This document shows positions 53,872-64,000 of a DNA stretch of 64,000 nucleotides, one piece after another. This stretch comes from Trichosphaerium sp. ATCC 40318 (Eukaryota > Protista > Tubulinea), in NCBI GenBank assembly GCA_038496445.1, contig JALMLS010000421.1, positions 1 through 64,000 of the forward strand, in the 5' to 3' direction. Positions within the stretch are counted from its first letter, which is position 1, and each line of letters begins with the position of its first letter. A model generated the notes under the pieces. The model had not been told where the DNA came from. It saw nothing but the letters and a program-made list of their open reading frames with translations, and ran no database searches. Made by a program: the position numbers and the translations under genes.

Positions 53872-56800
53872 TTATTGGCTACCACGTCTTAAAGTAGAAG
53901 AATCAGAACCTGTTGATACTATAAGTCCGTCTTTTCCAACAACGTGTTTACGTGCACCCTATAAAATAAATTTAGTGCTTCTTTTTTTAGATTTTACTCA
54001 AAAAAGTGCAATTACAAAGTTTCATGGAATTTGTTTTCCCTTTTGTTATGGGGAGTGCACTGGCAAGAATAAAGGATAAATTACACATAATTGCGCCAAC
54101 AATGTACCTAAAAATACGTACAATACGCGCGAAAACAAAAAATCGAAAAAACGAGAAATTCCGGTTTTTTTGGTTTGTAAGCAAAAAACCCTAAACATAA
54201 CTCTGCTTGTACGTACACTATGGCTCCTACTTCTAAACCTTGTTTTCTTCTCGCTATGTCTTCTTTGCTGCTTTTTAACCCTTGAGACTTCACTGTGCGT
54301 CCTTTTTTTAGAGCCACTCTTTGATTGCCTTCTCCGTCGCTTAGCTGATGCGTGACGTCTATGACTGCGTTCTTTGATATGTATAGCTTCAGAGTCTTTT
54401 ATTGAAGCCTTTCTTCTGCGCCCAGTACGTGGTGATGCCGACTTATGGCCGTTATGGGAACGATTTCCGTTCTGAAGAGTGATATTTGGCAAAGATTGAA
54501 TTTCTCTATGTTTCTCAATTGAAGGTCGCGAACTAACGATAGAATTGCGTCTCATCTCGGCACTCGATGGTGAAGTATTTCTATTCATCACTTGATGTTT
54601 AAGCGCTTCATCATAACTCTTTGTTCTACTATGATGTCTGCGAGTCCTGGCATGCGCTTTTGATGATTTTCTACGACGTCTTGGATCTCTTTTTGATTCT
54701 TTATCAAAAGGTTGTTGTACTCGAACAAATGGCGTATCGGTGCGTTGGTTTGACTTTTCAGCGTATTTCGTATGTCTTATGAAATCGTGGATTTTTTGAA
54801 ACGGGTAGTCTGGCGGAGCTAGAATTTGTCTACGCGGTACCTTACCTATGCTCAAAGAGAGTTCCTTGCGCACTAGGCCATTGGGATCGGGTTTGGATCC
54901 TTTTGGTGTATTGTTAAATTTATTACAAGTGGCAACATAGAGAGGGATAACAAGAGGTTTGTCTCCTATAATTTTAGCGTTAATTGTTTTTTGTAGATTA
55001 GCATTTGCACGCGAACGCGTAAATGTCAGGCGAGTTTTTTTCTACACGTGAAAATTTTATGCAATGCTAACAACGGCTTTGTTTGGTAAGGAAGCATGTG
55101 CTTTGTAATTTTTTTGTAGTTTTGTTGAAAATTAGACATCTCATGTAGTGATAAAATTACTCTTGTACGTAAAAAACCGCGTCAAATATTCAGGAATGGT
55201 TTAAACGTTTTTTTAATAAATTTGAACCGCCGTTGGAATTTCTGTTTGGGTTTTTGTTGCTCTTTCGCATATTCGTACCTCCGTACTCAAACTCTAGGCC
55301 ATATCTATGTGTTATAATATTTGTATAAAACTGAACTGACGGTTTTAAATCCTTTGGCATTGTCATTACTAAATCCTCCATATACGATGCTCCAGGGTTT
55401 ATTGGGCATCCTTGTTTAAACTCAAACATTGCTACCACAGATTTCTCCGTCTTGATCTAGAAAAAAACGTAGTGAGTCCAACACCGCTCGTTTACCCTAG
55501 GTACCTTCTCAGATGTTTCAATAGATAGGCTAGAAACCAAACTAGCCTTCAAACGGGGAATACGTGTTTCTGTCTTGTTTATAATACGCTTTTTGCAAAA
55601 ATTAATAAATCGATCATGTCAAGGAACGGTTCTAAGCAAAAAACGTACAGCTCTTATTTTGAACTTCCCGGATGGAACAGCATAGGATTTTGCCATATCA
55701 GCTATGAATTGTGGTTTTCCCAATAAGTCAGATGATTGTCCATGTCTCCTTGCACGCGCTGGTGGTACACTCTTTATTATAATTGGTTGCTCCAACATCT
55801 ATCAAAAATAAGTTTTTGAAAGGTTGGAACAAAGTTACTATACTTTTTTTGGAATGAAAAAATCACGTGATTTTTTTTCTTTTTAGTATTACTTACTTGA
55901 ACCGATTTACCGATTGTTGCCACTCTGCACTGGTATTTCACATACCCAATACTAGCACTGATGGTAGGTGGTATTGTATCTGGAAGCTTGAACTCAAAAC
56001 ACCACGCATAACGTCCTGGTGATACTATCTAGAAAGAGGGTAAGTGCTTAGTTTATTTCTTAGTTTTCTTTTTTTTTTCCGTAATTTACCTCTGAAGATT
56101 GTGGGAGAATTTTTTTCTTTATAAACAGAAGCTCTGAGCTCTCTTCTAACTTAGGACCACCTTTCGATACTCCCTGTTTTACCCACGTAGCACCTATGAT
56201 ATAATGTGATTCTCCTTAAAACTTGCGACTCAAGACTGAACATGCAGTATTGTTAAAGTAAGCGTAATAGACGCGTACCTTCTGAACCTTCAAAGGAGAT
56301 TTGAATTTTGTGAATTTTCTTCGGGTGACCAACGTTAAAAACGGCGAAACCACGCACAATCTTTTGCAAGAATAGTAAGTACAATAAAAAACACATGACA
56401 AAAACTATTTTTTTTTTTTCAATTATTCACACCTGTCCAGGGTAATAGAATGGCTCTATACAAAGGTATTAGTAAACTGTGTTGTAAAAAGAAGTATTCC
56501 GTTTTTCGTACGTTGAAATACTACGTAAAGACGAGGAAGTCTCTTATTATCTGCATCAGGTGAAGAACCATTCATAGACTTCAGTGTGACCTGCAGGCTA
56601 CCGCTCTTTTTGAAGAGAAGAGTCTTTCGGTGAATTCTATCCTTTGCCAGCTTAGAAAGTTGTAAAGTGACCTCATCAATAGGTGTATGGTGTCTAGACC
56701 TTTTACTCTGTGAAATAAATGGCGTTATTTAAACTCAACAAACGAAGAAAACCGTTTCGCTTATTCTGTCCACTTGGACGTACATGAAGTTTGAATAAAA

Positions 56801-57481
56801 TAGGTATAGAGTCTGTATCGCGTAGGGTAATTAGGAACTCTTCATAAAACTAGAAAAACTCTCCTTGTTAAAATAACTTAATTGTTTTAATTTTTACTTG
56901 CTGTAGGTCTGCTAATGCGCACTGGCTTTGTCTTAACTGTGCTAGCGTTTGGTTGAAGAGGTGTTACGCTGACGTATGCCTCTAGAATAATAAATAAGGC
57001 GTTGAGTATACTCTTGGCGTTGTATTTAGTACCGGAAAGTGCTCGGATACCGGGCGCTACATTCAAGTGCTCTATCGACAGCCACAGCGTAAGAGCTTTG
57101 GTATGATTCATTAAATAAATGCTGTTTAAACGCGGGGGATTGTGCTGATTGCCTGATTTTCTTGAAGAAAGAGTTAGACTCGTTTTATACAAAATAGGAA
57201 GACAAAGAAGAGTTACTAGCTAGTAAACGAGTTATCGATAGTTGCTTCGTAAAAACACGTGCGTCTATCGTGGGTGTAGGTTTGAGTCTTTTTTTGCGTA
57301 TTATAAATCACTTGCGTACCTATTGTCCACGTTCTACCTTTATTTGGGAGTATGCTGCAGGTACTAATACTCCTTTTGGGTAGTTCTCGATCTTTTCTTA
57401 AGAATATTGTAGAGTGCTTCAAATGTCGTCGTTATTATCGTATACGTAATCCCGGATGCAATACTGCGCGTCGGAAGACAT
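53872..57481 (-). CDS. C2 domain + arrestin-fold protein with Arg/Ser/His-rich tail
   Basis: C2-like AYVSV...KTK...FYEEF; arrestin YYPGQIVRG, PGRYAWCFEFKLPDTIPPT...GYVKY, LKPS...IITHRY. Start approximate. Confidence 0.75.
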
Positions 57482-57675
57482 CGCGCGATACGTCCATAAA
57501 CCTCAGTGTGAGCCGTTGTGCGTTGTGCTTCAAGGCGGTTTGCTTGTTGAGAACTACCAAAGAATACAATAGAAGCGTGCATACCTGGTTATAGAGAGCG
57601 CGTAAAATACACGTACGCGTCGATAGCGTGAAAGAAATTAATGTTGTGAACCGTTAACAAAGGTTTATTCCTCTC

Positions 57676-58728
57676 TTAAACCTGAGCATACAAGTTGATT
57701 TTGTGTAAGTCTACAACATCCGTGTCCGGATATTTTTCTGTTACAGCTTTTGTTAAGCAATTAAGACCTAGTACTGATGTAGTGACTATATTTACAAACA
57801 CAGGGCGCTCTTTATAGCACTTTTTAGTAAATGTGTCGAAAGCGTTTATCATTGCAGTTGCCCCCACGTCTTTTGGTGTACCTAAATGACCGCAAAACAA
57901 TAAAGGCATTGATATTGATCTTATAGCCTGTTCTTTAGCATGTTCTAGCACTTTTCTAAACGGAAAAAAATTAAAACTTTTTTTTTTCACCTCTAAAAGC
58001 ACGTGCAAGTAAGTTGATTCTACCTCCACCAATGCCCTTTCTAAATAATGTGTCAGTAATAAGTCTCGCCTGGGAAATACTAGTATACCTCTATCTCCTT
58101 GATAATATGTGCCAAGCACGTGTGTTACATATCGCCAAGATTCCCCACCACTTGATGCTACAAGTTTTTTGTTAGTGTTGAGTTGCTTTTGCATTGTTGT
58201 ATTTACTGAACATGTAACCAGGTCTTATATCTCCTATTTGTAGAAACTGACAAGTTAGTATGATGGTGCGTTTTATTGATGTACTTTTGTGAGGTCCGTT
58301 ACTTCCCTAACTGATAAAAGTTAACAACAACTTTTCAAATCAAAGTTAAACGTCAGTGTTTTACCTGTGCCGTTTCCTGCTTTGTCCATAATATCACACG
58401 CATGACCTGTCCTCCATTGAACCAAAGAGGCTGTGTTCATTGTAAGTGTCAAAACAATTTTATATCAAACTTACGGTGTGCACTAAGAACTACACAGTCG
58501 CTAGGTTCATTTGCGATGTTTCCAAACCTAACTGACAGAGTGTGACCTGAATAAACGGTAAGTCTTACCAAACCTATTTAATCTATATTACCTGATTTAA
58601 ATGAGCGCCTTATGACCTCCTGTATTCTACATTGATACGTTGTGTCTTAATAGGCGTAAATGTTCGCTACCACATAGCTCATACGCACGGAAACCACGTT
58701 TTATAACTCTATGATTACCTAGATCCAT
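57676..58728 (-). CDS. Macrodomain-like protein
   Basis: LSVRFGNIANEPSDCVV, YVTHVLG, IRSISMPLLFCGHLGTPKDVGATAMI. Start approximate. Confidence 0.7.
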
Positions 58729-58945
58729 TAAACAACGAGCAAACTGTTTTCGCACTCCTACCAAGCGATTTTAGTGCTCTATTGGTTCTAGTAGCTCGCA
58801 GTATCATAGTTTTATGCAATTAGCGTTATAACGTAACTGTGCGCAACTGTAGGGCCGCCAAAAACGATTTTGACTTAGCGCCAAATTGGTTAAGTTAGAG
58901 CTTATTTGGCGCGATATTATTCAGACTTTTGTAAACTACCTCACC

Positions 58946-61900
58946 ATGGCTTCGTATGAGGTGGATGAAATTGGCCTGGACCATTATGATATACATAAGG
59001 ATATTACATGCTCTGTTATGAGCCTAAAGCACATGGCGTGCCAAGCAGTTGCCGCTTCTTTAGAACGTACGCCTTCAAACGCCATTTTGCGAGATTTGAG
59101 CTGAAGAACTCATAAACCGTAGGGCAACCAATAGATCAGGTACCTGAAGTGTTTATAGAGATGTTGCTGCCGTTTGCGCAGCAATTCCGAACGGTATGCT
59201 CTTACATTCTTTATTGTAAAGCTCACCCATTGGCTATAGCTTACCGACGAAACCATGCCTGTGTTCTTGTGTACGTTTTAAAGCTTTACCGCCGAAGTAG
59301 ACATTAATTCTAACTTTAAATGTAGCCGCCGTTCGTGATAAGTTCGTATTAAACATAACACAGCCACCGCCGCTATTTACAGATGCATCTGCTATGCATT
59401 TTGCTTCGTGTCCAAACCTTACAGAATTAAACCTCGCCAAATGCATTTTTAGCGTAAAGGGGTTCACCACTGTCTTTAAAGCGTGCAGAAAATTAAGTAA
59501 GTGACATTTTTTCGAAATTTTGAAAAAAGAGCGCTATGTCTACCCGCCACAATACAATAACCTCCTACTTACGCCTGTTGTTATAGGAATACTAAATCTT
59601 TCAAGATGCTACTCTTTAAACACCGCTAGCATTCTGGTGCTCTGTGAAACAAACCCAAACATAACCGTACGCCAAAAGTGGTCTAAACATGCCACCAATA
59701 ACTGCTTTGTTGCGTGTACTAACGCTTATTGCCCTAGGAATTGACTTTGAACAGATGCGATCTCTTAGATGACAGAGCTCTGATGGCAGTCACTGAAACT
59801 TACTCAAAGACCTTGCTGACGTTTGGTATACAGTCATTAACGCGAATTACTGTTCCTTGTTTACAACACTGTATACCTAAGATGACCAATTTGATAAACT
59901 TGAACGCTGGGTTTTTGAAAGTCGAGTACGACGAGGACCGATTTTTCTTTCTTTTTTTTTTCAAGTTCTGAACAACAATTCAAGTCTTTGATATTTAGTC
60001 ACTCTTGTAGTGGTATAATGATAAAATATATTCCATGGATTGATTCTTTCAACATTTTGGTTGTTGCCCTGTCGCTTATGCACAGAAGTTTCATCTTTTG
60101 AATTTTTTTACAGCTTTCTTGTTTATGCTTACTTTGGTTTTTTCAGAGCGTTGGACCCAATTGTGACCTTTTCGGCACTCACGAACCTAAGATCTTTACA
60201 GTTAGCACGTACAAAGCTAAGCGAAGCCAATTGGAGTAAGCTATATGCTGTTGTTCAAAATACCTTGACTGGGTTAAGAGTAAGTTTTAATTATTTTTTA
60301 TTTTTAGAAGTTTTATTAACGCTTTGTGTTTTTAGACTTTTGATGTCACTGGCGCCGCAATTAAGCCACCGCAAAGCTTGTTTCAATCAATGAAGGAACT
60401 AAGACGCCTATATCTATCACGAACAGATAGACAGAGTAATGATGACTTGCTGGCAATAGCTGAATGTCCGAAGCTTCATAGCGTGTACCTAACTAATATG
60501 AAAAACACATCTATCAGTGATGAAGGATTGGTTGCTTTTGCTAAGAAGATAAATACCTTGCGCGCATTTGTACGCCTCCATTATGATAATACTCGAATTT
60601 CTATTTCAGCGGAACACAAAAAACGTTAAAGGCGAAAACGGTTGCAGCCAAGAATTTTTTTGTATTCTATTTTTTTTTGGTTTTGTCATTACTTTTCTTC
60701 ACTTGTCGCTTACAAGTACTTTCCCTTAGGCTATATCACGTGTGCCTTCAGTATCGTCAACTGGTGTGGCTGCAGTGTTGGAGAACAATCAAGAAATCCA
60801 GCAGCTGCAAGTATCACGCTGCAGTGTGACCTTGGATGGTACTGCATTTTTACCTGTAAAGCATGGTAACTTGCGTATTTTGGAGATTGGTAGACGAAGG
60901 TTTCCATTTACTAGTAATGTAATGGAGTATGTTGGTAAGAATTTAAGGCAATTGGATTTGTCTGCTGGTCGCATTGGAAGAAAGGTTATTGATTTTAATA
61001 TTTTCAAACACATGCCTTTTTTGGTTTCGCTTAACGTATCTGGTACGCTTTTTTTTTGTCCGTTTTTTGTTGTTGTGGCTTTGTTCTGTTATTGATGAGT
61101 TTGGTTAGGTAATATCTACTTTGATGTACAGCACGTGAAGCGTGTGATGCGTTATTGTAAGCATTTGACTTTGTTTAATATGGGTTATTGCACAGCCATG
61201 AGTATGAAGAAGTTTTGTATTAGAAGAGTTCTGAATTGTTTTCGCAACCTTCGTCGACTCCATATGGACTCTCTTCATCATGTCAAAGAGACTTATGCTT
61301 TTACTAAGATGAGACAAGCTAATGCTGTGGCAGATGAGAACGTTAAGTATTTTGTACGTACAGAATTCTTAATTTTCTTCAACTTTGTTGGTCTTTTTTT
61401 TTTCTGTGGTCTCTTTTCCTTCATAATGACGTCAGAGCTTATTTGGTTTCTCCTAGAAAAAAACTGACAAGTACCCTATAATGAGCTGCCTGCACTTATC
61501 AAGAACTGTTTTGGCGGTAAAGTTAATACCACATTACCACAGTACGTACTTTTTTTGATTTTCTGCGTTTCATCTTGTAAAATCGAAATTTGCGAGTTTT
61601 CAGTCGTCTACTTTCCTCTCACGTGAATTACGCATACACGTGTTAGCTGAAGTTGTTGTTGAACCTAGCAGATAATGCCTTGCGCGTGAATGAGTCTGAC
61701 GTTCGTTTTTTTTAGTGTTTCCTAACTTGACAACGCTCCAAGTCCGTGCAAGCTTTTTGGAAGAAGGATTGTTAGCAAAGGCACTTAAACAGCTGCCTCT
61801 CCTTGAAAACTTGGATTGTAGTCGTTGTAAACTGAATGCAGCTGACTATGAAGCAATAAGCCGTTGCACTAAACTCACTAACGTATGTGTGGCACACAGT

Positions 61901-62743
61901 AAGTGTACAGACAAGGATGCTTATTGTATACTGCGTAATCTTCCGTATCTGACCTCATTCAACTGTGCTGGAACGCGTGTAACTCATAAATTCCTTTACT
62001 ATATTATACGTACGTTTGAAGTCACATGGTTTTTTTTTCAACAAAAACTTTGTCAGCGAGATGCTTTATTTTTGGCTTTTGAGTCTTTTTTTTCTACCCA
62101 GAGGTAACATAGGTTGTACTAATTTATGTATTTGTTAGGCGAGCCATCACTTGTTTTACATATGAACCATATCAATGTGACTAAAGCTAAGATCAACCCT
62201 GATAAAATGAAAAATTTTGGCGAACATGCATTGTTAAATGTCAACGAGACTGTAAAGAATAGGAGGATGAGATTCAGTCATGAAACACCACCACAATCTT
62301 ATGAGCTTGCAAACATGGCTGCATGGTCTAAGGAAGAAAGTTCAGCAATCTTGAAGGGTATGGAATCAGAGCAGGGGTTAAAAGCCGAATGGAAGAAAGT
62401 ACAAGCTTTATACGAGAAAACTTACGGCAAGACTGCTGAAGAGATGGGAGAAATGCAGTTAGCACAAATAGCTGTGGATGACGCTATGTCTGTGGAAGTA
62501 AAAAATGAAGTTCCAGAAGATTCTAGTGGTGATGAGGCGAAACCAGGAATTAGGAACCTTCGACGTAAGAGAAAAATCGTTGTAAAGCGAAGAGTGAAGA
62601 AGAAACAACCGATTGTCATTATTGATTCTTCTGATGATGAGGGCCTTGATGATGCTTCTGATGGCGATTATGTTCCTCCTGGTAAAAGAAAAGCTGGTTA
62701 TGTTACTGGACCTACTGCAAAGAAGGCACAGTTGGAAGAATGA
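58946..62743 (+). CDS. Leucine-rich repeat (FBXL/AMN1-like) protein with charged C-terminal tail
   Basis: N-terminal SLKHMAC (BC-box-like), repeated LxxLxLxxC motifs across many exons, acidic/basic NLS-containing tail. Confidence 0.85.
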
Positions 62744-62974
62744 GAGAAAAACTTATTGAAAGATTTTTTTTCCTTTTTCGGTTGGTTTGTGACTTTTAGT
62801 TGAGCCTGTTGATGATGGGAACTTGTATGAAAGTTCTTACATGTCAAGGCAGTTCTAATACGTCTTAAAAAAAACTGACGTTGTACATAGAGGTGTAAAA
62901 AAAGTAAATGTATTTATTGTATAATTTCCTGTTTTTTTCTTGCTTTTGTTTGTTTTCTCGCTTTATTCTTCTTC

Positions 62975-64000
62975 CTATTGAGTGTTTAGTTTTATTTTTA
63001 TTTCTGGTGGTTTTTGGTTTGGGTCTGTAAGTGCTTTTTTTGCTAGTTCTCTTATATTGTTGACGTCAGAGTTATCGACTAGTATGAACCAGTGCCATCC
63101 ACAATTATTGTCTTTGTATTTTATTTTCTTTATTTGGTTTTGAGTTATCCCAAGAACTTTCTTTATACTCATTGTGAATGGTACAATTGTTGTATCGTCT
63201 ATAAAGGGAAGTCAACTATTTAAACAATGTCTCACAAACTCGTTTTTTGACAACATTAAAAAAAAGACAAAAAGTTAACTAAAAATTTACTAACAACTAT
63301 GTAGTGAAAACAGAAAGAGACTTGTGGTACCATCTATATAAAATACCGATTTGCCCATTTGATGCCGTATTATAACTGTGTACTTATTCTTCTCTTCTTT
63401 TTTCTCCTTCTCAACGGTAGTGTTCTTTTGTTTTTTCCTTTTCTTTCGTTTCCTTTTCCGTTTTTTTTCCTTCTTTTCGTTCTTTTCTTTCTTCTCTTCC
63501 TTGTCTTCTCTTTTCCTCTTTCTACTCTTCTCTACCTTAATTTTCTTCTCCGTAGCGTCGTTTCCCGAAACCAAACGTATCTTTCGATAAGTTGCGTGAA
63601 CAATAGCAGAACGTTTTGCTTGTTTGTTAAAATACTTCTCAGTGCACTTAAACGATAATCCATCAGCTTTTATCTTATAATGAAGTAGAGTTTTTTTAAT
63701 ACTCCCCAATGTAGCGTTTTCTCTCCAGTTTGATTTCATGAAGTCGAGAAAATACTCCAAGTCCATTATCCCAAACCTTAAACAAAATCAAAATGAGCAA
63801 AAAAAAGACTGTTTTAGGTTTGTTTGGCGTTTGAACCCACATACGTGCAATGTCCTGTCCATTGAATACATTTATTACTTTCATCCTGTAGCATATCAAA
63901 AATCACTACTCTTGCTGAAGTTTCAGCTGTACGGGCTTTGTAGTAAGTCAAACAAGTAAGAAAAAAAAATTGTTGTAGGCAATCACGTGTAAGTAGGTAC
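62975..64000 (-). CDS. Hypothetical Lys/Glu-rich protein, 5' part outside window
   Basis: ORFs 63290-63766 and 62975-63172 with plausible splice sites; no recognised domain. Confidence 0.45.

Noticed and set aside
59090-59130. Apparent premature TGA in the LRR gene
   Set aside because: It lies inside a gtacgc...cgtag intron, and splicing restores the frame.
63359-63658. Phe/Leu-rich plus-strand ORFs resembling membrane proteins
   Set aside because: They are antisense to a Lys/Glu-rich low-complexity tract.

Overview
AT-rich, gene-dense eukaryotic (protist-like) genomic DNA. It uses the standard code and has many short GT-AG introns, often 25-60 nt; no prokaryotic, rRNA, tRNA or CRISPR features were seen. 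Housekeeping genes: thiolase, mL52, ferlin, UDP-glucose pyrophosphorylase, calreticulin, RAD23, Arf- and Rac-type GTPases, a C2-arrestin protein, a macrodomain protein and LRR/F-box proteins. Two more unusual genes are an intron-containing ColD/E1-like sugar 3-dehydratase and a divergent AlkB-like dioxygenase. The main discovery candidate is an accessory island at about 2.3-14.7 kb. Its core is an ~8.8-kb CMC (CACTA/EnSpm/Plavaka-like) DNA transposon at 4028-12871 with TIRs, subterminal repeats and an apparently intact spliced DDE transposase. It also carries four tightly packed, apparently intact spliced accessory genes, one resembling a catalytically dead Ulp1/SENP protease. The element interrupts a WRKY/MULE-like ORF and abuts a repeat bounded by inverted telomere-like motifs. 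Composition suggests CpG methylation-driven decay, with strong CACGTG enrichment in host DNA but not in the island. All exon structures were reconstructed by hand, so boundaries are approximate.
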